The translations under genes and the position numbers were made by a program. A stretch of 64,000 nucleotides of DNA from Macrostomum lignano (lineage: Eukaryota), in contig NIVC01000662.1 in assembly GCA_002269645.1 (NCBI GenBank), forward strand, positions 124,001 to 188,000, read 5' to 3'. Each line of letters opens with the position of its first letter. Within the stretch, counting starts at the first letter, position 1. The notes under the pieces were generated by a model that saw only the letters and a program-made list of their open reading frames with translations, was not told where the DNA came from and searched no databases. Of the stretch, positions 11,769 through 23,820 are shown piece by piece.

Positions 11769-14700
11769 TCAGTTAGTTGCCGAAGGCGCCCAACTGTGAC
11801 GCAATGGCAGCCGCAGGGTCAGGCGCTCGCGAACGCATCCGGCAGCGTCGCTATTACCGCCGCCGCCGCCGCCACCTTCAATCGACAATCGACTCCGTTT
11901 GTGCCGGTTCTGGCTGTCAGCATTGCAGCTGGCGCCACTGTTCAGCTCGGAGCTGCCGGCTTGCGCCGCGGCTGATGCTGCAGACTTTCTACGACTAGAA
12001 GACTTCGACTTGCGTTTCTTTGATTGCCGCCTCGACTGCTTGCCGACTGCCTCATCGTTTGCAGAGGCTTCGGCGGTTTTCTTCTGCCGCTTGCTTTTGC
12101 CACCGCTTGACTCGGACTTTTGGCTAGCTTCGCCAGTTGATGGCGGAGTGGCCGACCCAGCTGCCGGCGCCAATCCCAGCGACCTCAAATTCAATCGGAT
12201 TTTGAGACCGCCGCCGCCGCTAACAGCTGACGATGCCGATGGACCGGCGCAGGTCGGCTCCGGCGGAGTCGACGCTGCCGGAACAGCTGCGGTGACGACC
12301 TGCGGCTTCTGCGGTGATCGGATTGGTCGAATTTTGATCTTCAGTCGTCTGGCAGGAGTCGACACGGCTGCGGGCGACGGCTGCTCCTCCAGCTGGGACG
12401 GAGTCAAAGTTGCGGCCGACGTGGCGGCAGCAGCCATTGCTCGACGCTTCTCTTTTAGAAGCAATTTTAACGGCTTCTTTGGCGAATACTTTGCTGCTAC
12501 AGTGGAAGCCGGCGACACGAATCGTTTGGACGGACTTGACTGGCTAGCCTGACACTGCGGCACCAGGTCGAACTGCCGAGGCTTCTCGTAGTTGCACTTC
12601 AATGCCGCCTTCGACAGCCGAGGGGGCGGTCGGAACTCTTCAACAGGGGGGAGCGGCAGCGGCGACTCGGCAACGATTCTGTCCAGCGTAGGCGGCGCCG
12701 CGTCGACCTCCTCGTTAGCGAAGTTATCGTCGCCGTCGCGTTCACAGTTGAATGTTTCGACGGCCTCGGTGGCCGACTGGACAATTTGGCGGGCTAGACA
12801 GGCCAGCGATGGTGCCGACAGATCGCCGCCGGAGCCGGAGGATGAAGATGAGGTGGACAAAGACCTGGCGCCAGGCTCCATGTGCAGCACAGGCGGAGGC
12901 GGCGCCTCATCCTGCACACTACTGACTCCAGCTGTGCCGGACGTCTCCAGAGACTCCGTGGCGCTGAGCATCGCCTTCACCAGTGTGTCAATCAGCGGCG
13001 AAGCAACCTCGCAGTCGCTGTCGCTACTATTAGCGCCGTCTTTCTCGTTCTCGTAGTCGTCGTAGTCGTCAACAAAAGTCGACGAGGGCCCAGTAGACGG
13101 CGGGCATTGGTCGGACGAGGCCGACGGCGGCGCCGATGACCCGGTCGAGACAGACGCCATGGACACAACAGCGGGCGCCGCCACCATTGACGACAGGGTG
13201 CAGCAGGGAGCCGGCGACGGCTGAGGCTCGGGCTCCGAGATTGGGCTGTAGGCGGCGGCAGCGGGGCTGGGGCAGCACCGGTCGACAGAAGCTGGCGGAG
13301 GAGCCTCGAGCGACGGGGACGGAGACGGAGCCGGTGACAGCACGGGCGGTGGCAGGTCGTCGGCGCTGTCGCAGCAAACGGCATCCTCGGTAGTCAGCGT
13401 CTGATTGCCGCCTGCATCTCCGTCATCGGCGCAGTCGCAGTCGGAGGCAGCGGTGGCTGGAACTGTGCTGGCCGTGGACGCAAGCGAGTTTGGCGTGGCG
13501 GCCAGACGCGGCGGCGGAGACGCCGGGAACTGCAACGGCGGGCAGCAGCGGAGAAGATCGGGCGGGTCGCGAAGCGCATAGCTCAGAGCCATCGCGGCAG
13601 TCAGCACCGAGCCGGCTGTTGGCGTGTTCAGCGTGTCATCCTGAGGCGGCCGAGGCGGCTGCTGCTGCTGCTGCTGCGATTCTGTCGGCGGCGTTACATG
13701 CTGCTGTTCGCTCTGCTGCTGTTCGACAACCCCTGTTGCCAAATTTGGTTGCGATGTCAGCCGAGGTGGCGGCGGAGTCGCAGCAGAAGAGGCAGCCGTG
13801 TCAGCTTCGGTTTCTGGCCCGGGATGGAGCACCGAGAAGAAATCGTCCAGCACCAGGGACTGGCAGCTGGATACAACGCCGCCGCCGCCGCCGTTGTGTT
13901 CATTGTTGGCTGCACGGTCGTCCGCAGCGATTTCGTCAGCTTCGTCGTTGGCACTATCTACTAAGTCGATGGGCATGGCCGGCAGGTCGGAGGTCCAGCA
14001 GTCTAGGAAAGCCGTTGCACACTCGGTTGAAGCGACCTGGGCCGTTGATGCCGCCGAGGCCGACTGCTCAGATTCCGGATGCAGCACACACGGCAGCGGA
14101 CTTGTCGGCCGGTCGCGCAGCGTCTCCGACAGCACCCGATTGCAGGTTGACGCGGCCGACAGCTGGGCTGCTACCGGCGCATCAGGCGGAAGCTGCTGCT
14201 CCAGAATTGGTGGCGGCGGCTGTGACGGTGGCGGCGGCGGGGCCTCCAGCGTAGCGAACTGCAGACAGTCGTTCCAAGACTCTACAAACGAATCGCTGAA
14301 CAGAAGCTTCTCGGCTGATTCAACGGGATCAACAGCTTCGACAATGGAATCGTCAACTACGATGACTTTGTCTTCGATTGCAGCCTGATTGCTTGGCGCG
14401 GCTGCTTCTTCAACAGATTCGGCTGGCGTTGCTGGCGGCTGGCTGGGCGCGCCGGCAGACGAGGAGTCCGGCTTCACCGGGGCTGCCGTGGAGGCATCAT
14501 CAGCTGCTGCTGCTGCGCCGGAATTCAGCGACTGATCGAATAGCTTCAAAAATGAATCATCGGCCGCTAATACCGGCGTCTGCGGCCGATCATTAGTTGC
14601 TAGGCTAGCCGGGGTTGCGACCTCATCCTCAAGTTTGCAACAGTTTGGCTGAGCTGGCACTACCTGCTGCTCAGCTAGCAGGCCTAGTTCAGTTAGTAGA

Positions 14701-15626
14701 GAATTATCATTGCACTCGGCGGCTTCAACACTGCTATCAACATTTGGCACCTGTTCCGGCTGCTGTTGCTGCTGCTGCTGCTGAACTGCAGGCTGAGGCA
14801 AGGCTGGACTGGGCTGGGGCGCGAGCGCCTCTGTCACGTCGCCAAGATGCAGTCCCGCCTCCTGGCAGGCCATCAACAGGAGGTCCTGTCCGCCAGGCGA
14901 TTGACTGTCAGTTCGGCGTAGCAGATTAGAATCCGACAGACTGTGACACAGCGGATGCGGCTTGGATACTGGGATGGGAACCGATGGTTTAGCAGCTGGC
15001 GCTTTCTTCTTGCTCTTCTTTGATTTGCTTGTTGGCGCGGCAACCGTCGCTGCCACCGTCGCCGTCGCCGCCGCTACCGGTGCTGTTGAACAGTCGTCAA
15101 CAAAGACAGCGCCAGCCGGGCTGAAAAACAGGCCGCCAGCGCCGGCGGCTGCGGGAGCGAATAGCGCGGCGCCAGCAGTCATTAGATGGGGCGGCAGTTG
15201 GAAGGCTTGAAATGTGCAGCTAGCCGGTCGGGTTAGCGTGTGATGCGCCGCCGGCACAGACAGGGCCGCAGTTGTAGTTGTCGGTAGAACTGCAGCCGCA
15301 GGCAGTGGCTTGGGCTGCAGAGGAGCATTTGCGGAAACTTTTGGCACCAGCGGCCTTGGCATGATGGAGCGGGGAGGCAGGCGCCTGCCAGACTGCTGCT
15401 GCTGACTCCCATTGGCTAGAGTAGCTGGCACAGAGCCGGCTGAAGTAGTGGATGATACCGTATTAGTTCCAATAGTGCTGCTGACTGCTATGATATGCTG
15501 TTGCTGCTGTGCAGGCTGGGCAATAGTAAATCCGGCTGGTAGAAATGCCGGACCAGACTGCAGCACAAATTGGATTTGGCCACCACTGCTGGCGCTGGTG
15601 CCAATGGGACCGCTGCACATCTCCAT
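11769..15626 (-). CDS. 1285-aa low-complexity (A/P/S/Q-rich, acidic) probable nuclear/chromatin protein
   Basis: Uninterrupted 3.86-kb ORF with polyQ/polyA tracts and basic NLS-like clusters (KSKKSKKK, RRQSKKRKSKSSSRRK). C-terminal K-hydrophobic motifs LKIKIR and LKIRL. No globular domain recognised. Confidence 0.88.
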   Translation of the reverse strand: MEMCSGPIGTSASSGGQIQFVLQSGPAFLPAGFTIAQPAQQQQHIIAVSSTIGTNTVSSTTSAGSVPATLANGSQQQQSGRRLPPRSIMPRPLVPKVSANAPLQPKPLPAAAVLPTTTTAALSVPAAHHTLTRPASCTFQAFQLPPHLMTAGAALFAPAAAGAGGLFFSPAGAVFVDDCSTAPVAAATATVAATVAAPTSKSKKSKKKAPAAKPSVPIPVSKPHPLCHSLSDSNLLRRTDSQSPGGQDLLLMACQEAGLHLGDVTEALAPQPSPALPQPAVQQQQQQQQPEQVPNVDSSVEAAECNDNSLLTELGLLAEQQVVPAQPNCCKLEDEVATPASLATNDRPQTPVLAADDSFLKLFDQSLNSGAAAAADDASTAAPVKPDSSSAGAPSQPPATPAESVEEAAAPSNQAAIEDKVIVVDDSIVEAVDPVESAEKLLFSDSFVESWNDCLQFATLEAPPPPPSQPPPPILEQQLPPDAPVAAQLSAASTCNRVLSETLRDRPTSPLPCVLHPESEQSASAASTAQVASTECATAFLDCWTSDLPAMPIDLVDSANDEADEIAADDRAANNEHNGGGGGVVSSCQSLVLDDFFSVLHPGPETEADTAASSAATPPPPRLTSQPNLATGVVEQQQSEQQHVTPPTESQQQQQQPPRPPQDDTLNTPTAGSVLTAAMALSYALRDPPDLLRCCPPLQFPASPPPRLAATPNSLASTASTVPATAASDCDCADDGDAGGNQTLTTEDAVCCDSADDLPPPVLSPAPSPSPSLEAPPPASVDRCCPSPAAAAYSPISEPEPQPSPAPCCTLSSMVAAPAVVSMASVSTGSSAPPSASSDQCPPSTGPSSTFVDDYDDYENEKDGANSSDSDCEVASPLIDTLVKAMLSATESLETSGTAGVSSVQDEAPPPPVLHMEPGARSLSTSSSSSGSGGDLSAPSLACLARQIVQSATEAVETFNCERDGDDNFANEEVDAAPPTLDRIVAESPLPLPPVEEFRPPPRLSKAALKCNYEKPRQFDLVPQCQASQSSPSKRFVSPASTVAAKYSPKKPLKLLLKEKRRAMAAAATSAATLTPSQLEEQPSPAAVSTPARRLKIKIRPIRSPQKPQVVTAAVPAASTPPEPTCAGPSASSAVSGGGGLKIRLNLRSLGLAPAAGSATPPSTGEASQKSESSGGKSKRQKKTAEASANDEAVGKQSRRQSKKRKSKSSSRRKSAASAAAQAGSSELNSGASCNADSQNRHKRSRLSIEGGGGGGGNSDAAGCVRERLTLRLPLRHSWAPSATN

Positions 15627-18260
15627 GATTAACTGTCTTCAAATTCAATTTAACCAATGCCTATAATGCATTAGATGACTGCATGGCAAATATTGGCACA
15701 GCAATTGTGCAATTCATCATGAAAGACAGTGGCATGTATTAATATAAAAGTAACTGCTCTATGATACTCAAAAGAAAAGACTAATATTATTATGAATTTA
15801 TCTGTTTTTAGAATAAAAAATATAAGTATTGGGCTAAAAATATTATAGGGATTGCTAGAACTATTCAAAAGTATCAGAAATTTTACAAGTATTATAAAAT
15901 CCTATGATTTTGACTTTGATCTTTGACTTTGACTTTGAGTGACTTAGTTTTGTCCAGATTTGCAACTTAGTTCCTCCCAATTGCAATTTAGTTCCTCCCA
16001 TTTTTGTAACCTAATTTTCATTTTTTATATGACTTTTCTTGCCTTTTTCTCTTTTCTTTTCTTTCTCTTTCTCTCTCCTCTTCCCTTTCTTTTCCTTTTC
16101 TTTTCCTCTCCTTTTTCTTCCCTAATTTTTCATTCTAGTTGCATTTTTCATTTTGTGACTTACCTTGCCTAGTGGCCATTTCACCCATCCAGTTTGGATG
16201 GGTCAGATGGGTGTTGGGCATGTATAGGGCCTATAGTCATTATTATTTACTATTAAGGGTTAAGCAAGTTTGAAATATCTAGTCTAGTGTGATTATAAAA
16301 AATTAAAATAACAATGCAACACCATTATTTATTTTACTTTTTAACTTTTGAATGTAAAAAAAAACTAAAAAGTCAATTTATTACCTATTAACTTACTGAC
16401 TTTGCAATTTATTCAATATACTTTTATTATTTAAGTTGTTATCTACTAATACTAAGGCATTTAAAACAAGAAGGCAACAAAAATTCTACTATTAATACAA
16501 CTTGCAATGAATTTATAGGATCAATAAGGAAAATTACAAATAAAAAAGTAACTATTATTCATTATGTTATATATTGGTCTAAATAAAATGTTATTATTAT
16601 ATTTAATGCTATTAAATATATAAATATTACTATCATACAAATTTGTATTAATGTTTGATTTTTATAGACCAAATAGAAAAGTTATATTTGAAATGAAAAG
16701 AAAGTTTAAAGAAATCATAATTATAATGATCATATCTAACCCCTATCAAGTTATAATTTTTATCTACTTGCCACTTAGTTTTCTTGTTTATAATAGACCT
16801 ACTTTAGTAATTAGAAGAATAGTATATATAACACCCTGCCAAGCTAACTAATCTAATTGGCTAGCGAGGGGCTCAGCCAAGTTAAGTTACAAAAATGCCT
16901 GCCTGGAAAATAGATGTTGCACTAATTAGATAATGAGGCATTTAGCCTTAGCTTTATACAATTATAATTACTCAATGTCATTTAGGCCTATACAAATTTA
17001 CATTCATTTTTGCTTACATTTTTTCATATGCCTAGGTAAGTAATATTTTGGTAAAAAAATTGCATAGCTAGTATAAATCAAAGGGTTATACATGCATATT
17101 GTATATAGAAAATAGTAAATTTGTATATATAATATAAGATATATGAACTATGTTAAACAAAAATTCTCTAGATAAGAAAATCCTAGATAAGATCTTTCAG
17201 CAATCTTTTGGATGACAGTCACTAAGTGAAGTGACAATCACTTTAAAAATGTTTTGAATAAAAAATAAAGCTTGGAAGCTCTTAAAGCAATATAATAAAC
17301 TATTTCTAGATATATAAAATTTTGACTTCATGGAACAAATGATCCTAGCACTTGTATATTCTAGCACCTTGTATATTATATCTATTTTAGATAAGAATCA
17401 TTTAAATATGAAAACTGCATTAAAATTATTATCTTCCACAACTATAGCACTTCTGGTCAATTTTGCTAATTTCAAATAGTCACAGAACCATATATCTTTT
17501 TTATAAATAAACATCTTGTATACTGTTTCAGCTTTAGAAGACAATCATTTAAATACAAAAATTGGCTTCAAATGATTGTGTTCCAAAACTATAGCATCTC
17601 ACTTAAAAGGCCTCCCTTTCTACTTTATATATAGTACAAAGAAAATGGTTCAAAAAAGATGATTGAAAGGGGTTATAAAGCAAAATATGTATTGTGGCAC
17701 TCTTCCCTTAATTTTGGAAGATGATCATTTTAATGCTACTAATATGTACAAATGATTAACCAAAAGATAGTGCTTACATTTGTGGAATACTAATTGTTTG
17801 CTAGAATAATGATAAAATGTTATTTTTTAGTTTGTAGTTTTGGAACACAATCATTTGCATGTAAAAGTTCCATTTAAAAGATTGCCTTGCAAAACTAAAT
17901 ATATACACTATAGGCTGATTGCATTTTTGTTTAAATAACTTTTTAATTTATAAAAAATTGTGGTTTCTTTAGTTTGAACAAAATAGAAAAAAGATTTAAT
18001 GGTAATCATTTACAAAAACTAATATATTTAGAAATGATCTTTATTCAAAAGATTGCCTATGATCTATAGGTATAAGACCAAGATAGCCACAACATTGAAT
18101 CTCTATTATATCTATTTTTTTACCATTAATTAGCAACTTAAAAGCTATTATTATATTAATTATTAATATTATATTTATTTAATCACATTCATAAATGTTC
18201 ATAAATTTATAACTGTAATCTTTTTAATGCTTGCACCAATTTTTCCGTATTATTACATCT

Positions 18261-18572
18261 ATCAAATCTATTTCTATCAATTTATCAAGAAACTATTGCT
18301 AATGCCTAGTGGTAATGCTATATAAAATGAGATAAATATGCAAAATATATTTATTTTATGCTAAGGCGAGGCTACTTGCTTTTGTAATGAATAAATATCT
18401 AGATAGATAGGTCATCAAATCTATTTCTATCAATTTATCAAGAAACCATTGCTAATGCCTAGTGGTAATGCTATAAAAATTAGGTAAATATGCAAAATAT
18501 ATTTATTTTATGCTAAGGCTAGGCTAGGCCCTACTTGCTTTTTTAATGAATAAATATCTAGATAGATAGGTC
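18261..18572. repeat. Tandem duplication of an ~153-bp AT-rich unit
   Basis: ATCAAATCTATTTCTATCAATTTATCAAGAAAC...TAGATAGATAGGTC occurs at 18261 and 18414. Confidence 0.85.
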
Positions 18573-19129
18573 AAGCTACAAGGATGCATGCAAATTTGGC
18601 AACAAACAAATTCGACAACAGAAATTTAACATGGACAAATTTGGCGAAAGCAAATTCGGCAACAAGTTTTATATATCCAAATATACTAAATGTTTTACCC
18701 CAACACAATGAAGTCAAAACAATTATTATCTTAAGTACAAGTGTAGCTATATGCAGATTGTCAATTCAATAATAAATACTTGTGTACAATTGTACACTCT
18801 CTGCCCTAATGAGCAATCAATTCATCTACCCCAAAAATTCTATATAATGCACTTGTACAGTCAAGTTTGGTATATACTGTAAAGTAATTGCCAGAAATGC
18901 TAGGTGCGCTGTATGCTAAGATATAGCCAAGAATCTTTTGGTGGTGGATTGGATTGAGTGATTTATTGATTGCCTTTGTTAACAGCACATACACATCATA
19001 AACTTAAGTATGAGATATTGATACTACTGCTGTGTGTATACATTATTTCTATTTCTGTGGCAGAGGTTCCTTAAGACCCTAGCCACTAAATTGGCCTTAT
19101 AAGAGTGGCTATAAACAGCCATACAGTGG

Positions 19130-21050
19130 ATGCATCAAGCAAAAATGGCCACACTACATGTACATGTATGTCCCTTGTGCAAACAAGCAGTTTGGAATAG
19201 GCAGCATGGCCTACAATGTGATGTATGTCGCCTATGTGTGCATTGCATCTGTTTAAAAGGACAACATCATATAATTGCTTGTGATTATCAGTATCTAAGA
19301 GGGCAGACATCTTTTGACTGGTGCTGTCAAGTCTGTGACCCACAGTTTAAGTATGCGGTCGACCTGCAAGCTGCCATCGAGCAGCCACCAGATGTTGCTG
19401 TCGAGCTATAGGGTGCTATAGCTGTTGAGCCACCAGACGTTGCTGTTAAGCTACAGGGTGCTGCAGCTGTCAAGCCACCAGACGTTGCTGTCAAGCTACA
19501 GGGTGCTGCAGCTGTCAAGCCACCAGACTTCGCTGTCGAGCTACAGGGTGCTGCAGCTGTCGAGCCACCAGACGTCGCTGTCAAGCTACAGGGTGCTGCT
19601 GTCCAGCCACCAGACGTTGCTGTTGAGCTATAGCTACAAGCAAAAATGGCCACACTACATGTACATGTACATGAGCTATAGCTACAGGGTGCTACAGATG
19701 TTGAGCCACCAGACATCGCTGTTGAGCTACAGGGTGGTGGTGTCCAGCTACCAGACGTTGCTGTCGAGCTACAGGGTGCTGCTGTCCAGCCACTAGATAT
19801 TGCTGTGGAAGTGTCACTGCTCCAAGAGATTTACAATGATGTACCTGGCCCTATGCACAAACCACCAGGTGTCGTTGTCGATGATGTAGTAGAATGCTTT
19901 ACCAGATAGATTTTTGCAAGCCAATTTAAGTTCACCAGGAAGCCGCCACATTGTTTTTGCTACAGAAGCACAGTTGTCACCTTGCAGAGTTTGACAGGTG
20001 GTTTGTCAATGAGACCTTCAAAGTCATTTGAAGACCATTTGTGCAACTATTTAGCATTCTCACTTTCATTTCTGGTAACAATGGAGCAATGAAGCAGGTC
20101 CCACTTCTATTTGCACTGATGATGGGAAAGAGCCATAGAGACTACATAGATCCATTTCAAGCAGTGCGCGATTTTATTCCACATGCAAGGCAAGTCTTAG
20201 TTTTTTGAATAATTAAGTAAAATAATTAAATAATTAAAATAATTAAGTAACATCTAGCCACTTGCATATGAACCAATTTTGCAGGCCTGGGAAAATTCTC
20301 CTTGACTTTAAAATGGCAGCATGGAGTGCAATTCATTCTGTCTTCCCTGGTGTCCAGCTGCATGGCTGCCTCTTTCATTTTACACAAGCTGTGTGGCAAC
20401 ACGTCTAGCAGCTTGGCCTCCAGTAAGCTTATGTCAAAAATGACAGGATGCAAGACATTTGTCGCCAGCTAATGGCCTTGCCACTTTTACCAGCTGAAAT
20501 CATTAAGCAAACCTTTTACATGCTTCGAGCATGAATCAGCAAGTGGGAAGAGCCTCAATTAGCTGCACTTGCAGAGTATGTTCAGAGTTCAGGTACATGT
20601 AGCTATTGTACTTTTACAATTTACTCAGCTAGTCTCATTGAACCAGATTTCTGCTCATCAGCTGAGTCATTTCTCATATTCTCTCATGCCTCATACTATA
20701 GGCCACATGGATTTCATCTTCTGTCTGGACCTCCGACTGCCTCTCAGCCTATCGCCATTCTATACGAACAAACAATGATTTAGAGAGTGGCACTGAAGGC
20801 TGAACCACAAAGCCCAATGAAATGACATTTTGTTCTACTTGCTCATACGCTTCTTGCACAAAGAAGCCAGATTGGCGGCTCTTGATGCGCAGCTTGTGTC
20901 ACAAGGTGCCCTTCGGCGCAAGCAGCGCATAGCTATCTACCATCGATAGTCCATTTATGACAAAATCTGGGATGAACAGACCCAGGCACAAGAACAGACC
21001 AAGCTTTGCTTGAGGCCTGCAGTCAGCTAAATGCCCCCCATGTGATTTAA
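19130..21050 (+). pseudogene. PHD-finger + MULE transposase pseudogene (stops and frameshifts)
   Basis: PHD: CPLC..LQCDVC...HCIC...WCCQVC (19130-19340). MULE core fragments: WFVNETFKVI*RPFVQLFSI, KQVPLLFALM, LLDFKMAAWSAIHSVFPGVQLHGCLFHFTQAVWQHV*QLGLQ*AY..CRQLMALPLLP, RTNNDLE/WH*RLN, FYLLIRFLHKEA. Confidence 0.9.
19365..19810. repeat. 45-bp coding-type tandem repeat inside the MULE (PPDVAVELQGAAAV-like)
   Basis: About 10 degenerate units between the PHD and the transposase core. Confidence 0.85.
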
Positions 21051-22461
21051 TCACAGCCACAATTTTACCTTTTAAAGTTTACAATTTTACTATAACCTTT
21101 TTATGAACCTTCTATTTTAACCTTCTGAAGCTGAACAAAATTAAGGTCACTTTGTACTCTTTTTACATTTTAGAATTTGTTTCTCATTGCAAAAGAGTTG
21201 CAATGATTTTTATACCAAAGCCAATATGACCTTTAAAATAAATTGGACATCACATATCTTCAAGATTGAGAATGAATGAATTTTCTTAGAAAGCATATTT
21301 GAATATTTGAATATTTGAAAAGCACAAGATAAATAATGTATAAAACAAAATTATTAAAAAGGGAAGCAATATGAATTGGACCAATACATGTAATAATAAG
21401 AATTAATAAGATTATACACAATTGTTTTTCCTTCATTGTCCCTGAATTTGACTAGATTGTCACCGAATTTGCTTTCGCAGAATTTGTGTAGCATTGGTTA
21501 GCACCCAGCTACAATAATTAAGCTAAAGCCAAAAGGAATATTTTTAATGTAATATAATTCTATTATAGGCCTATCAAAGCATCTATCTCTCCAAGACTTA
21601 AAGATCTATACCTAATATAAATTAGGCCTACTACTAATAAGAAAAGAAATGCTTCTTGAAATATAATTAGATATTTAGATTAGAGCTATGGCCATCTTTG
21701 TTGGTAGCCATCTTGGTAGGCCTAATGCACGAATCCATAAGACTATAACTATAGCATAGGCCCCTAGCCTGCCTAGTATAGTTGCTAAGTACTAGAGTGT
21801 ATATGGCTGCAGGCCATTTTGACTGCTGTCAGTTTGTCAACCAGAGGTCCATGCTAGTGGACCACTGTGGTCCCTGTGGACAGTTTGTCTGCTACTGTGT
21901 CCAATGAAAACAATTGGGGGGCTACCACCTAGGTGGTGAGTGCCAGTGGTAATTTTGTCCCAACCAGCCAGCAGGCAGGCCACTGAAAAAAAAACAATAA
22001 TTAAAAAAGATAATTGATGGTAGGGCCTATCCCAGCATTTTACCATTTTAGATTCTGTTTTATAAAGTGCATAGGAATCCAGAATTGAAAAGGCTACTAA
22101 AATTTGAGTTTAAAAATAGGCCTAGCTAGCATCTGGGCATGAAGTAAACTGAGTGCAGGGCATGGCACTATAGTCCTATACACATGATTGAGATGAATAA
22201 GCTAGGCCTACAATAATTATCAACACTCAACAGAGCCAGAGAGGTTAGAGAGCCCCTGACTCGTGACTTAAACGCTAAAGTTTAACTTAAGTTTAAGACG
22301 CAACTCGATTTACTGTAAAAGCACTGAAATTCGAAAGACTAAATCTTAGAGATTTTAAACTTTACACTTTAGGGCTTAGGCTACTCGATCCGTAGCTGAT
22401 TAATCATAATCATGAAGCTGATATAATTTGAAACCTGCGGCGGGCCCGCGGCCCGGTCTGA

Positions 22462-23270
22462 GGAGTAAGTAGTAAGTAGTAAATTTGGCTCAGGCTTAAG
22501 GAGCCTGTTTTGCCAGTATTATCCGATGTATTTTGTATTTGTTCAAAAGGTTAAATTTTTACACGAGTTACGATGCGGGTTACGATATTTGTAAAAGTAA
22601 GGTATTTGAAAGAGCGTCTAGAGTTTTTTTTGTAAGAAGATGAAGTATTTTTGAAAGCGCGTGATATTTCAAAGCGTGAAAAACGAACATAAACATACTT
22701 CGAACGAACTTTACGTTTAACGAATAACGACGATTTAAATAGGAGATTAAAAAAGACAGTAAATGAATAAATAACTGAAAAGCGGATTTGTTACACTGCT
22801 AATGTATCTGATTCAGTTTGTTTAACTGTTTTAGCTATTCATGACTTCATATATTTTAGCTACACCAGTGAGTTCTTTTCTGACTCTTTTTTCATTTGTA
22901 GCATATCCTATCTTGTGTATATTTGATTGCCATTTAAGAGGTATTGACAGAATTATTTTTTCCTGATCTCTTCAGTTTGTGGACATTCGGTCAAGTGTAG
23001 AATATCAGAAACATTTCGCGCTCCACACATTTTACATGGTTCTTGAGAAAAAAAGTTGGGTGTAATCTCGCATTTCAGTTTTAGGAGGGTTGTTAAGAAT
23101 TTTTTGTTTCTAAATGTGCATGGAAAGTAGTCTGAAAGGTCGGGCCTGCAGATTTTTTTGTAGAGATAGGCGTTTTTGTAGAGTTTAATATGTTGCTGAT
23201 TCTCTAGCTTTTGGCTAAGTTCTCTTTCTCTGTGTATTGTGTATTTCTCTGTGGCTAGGAAAGCCATCAT
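22462..23270 (-). mobile_element. Probable 3' fragment of a non-LTR retrotransposon
   Basis: Minus-strand ORF remnant with a CCHC-like motif (CKMCGARNVSDILHLTECP..IR). Downstream are a GGCTC..GAGCC stem-loop (22487-22505) and a (TACTTAC)-type short-repeat tail (22462-22482). Confidence 0.45.
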
Positions 23271-23820
23271 TTTACTGTTTTGAAATGTTTATAAGTTATA
23301 ACAAAAAATAACGAAATTTAAGAATCAGTATTTCAGACAACGTCTTAAAGCTCGATGTTACACACCGTTGGTTTTTCCTTTTAAATCTTGAAAGATGCCC
23401 TATCACAGGAATTAATAACCGAAGATTCTAAAATTAAAATGTATTGCCCAAATCTTCTAAATACTATAAGGGGTCGTACTATAAAGCTGTCGTAGCTTAA
23501 GTTCGATCGTACGATGTACGTCGGAACTTTTACACGGCGGAGATATAGGAGCTAAGAACGATCTTATCTTACGATGGCTTTATAGAACGGGCCCTAAAGC
23601 TTTAATCCTGTCGGCCAATGCGGCCATTGACTCTAAAAAATTCTGCGTGTGGATACTGCAGCTTCATGTAGATTCCTAGAAATTGCCAGTTGGCATTGCC
23701 TCAAACAGATGAAAGTTCCTCAGCTGCGTGAAAAGTAATAGCAATGCTGCAATTCTAAATTCAAAGGTTCGCACGTACATATATACTGTATGCAGTACCT
23801 GTATGCAGGCCAAACTGTTA

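Larger units (their letters stand above)
18590..21500 (+). mobile_element. Decayed Mutator-like (MULE) DNA transposon with degenerate TIRs
   Basis: Left ACAAATTTGGCGAAAGCAAATTCGG (about 18635-18659) is inverted at about 21462-21488. AATGAAG..AAACAATT..TATCTT (about 18708-18732) is inverted at about 21409-21437. These enclose a transposase pseudogene. Confidence 0.8.

Noticed and set aside
11777-15666. Many plus-strand and alternative-frame ORFs over the 1285-aa gene (also over the innexin, BTB, GRXCR and SLC46 genes)
   Set aside because: Shadow ORFs expected in GC-rich coding sequence; no independent motifs.
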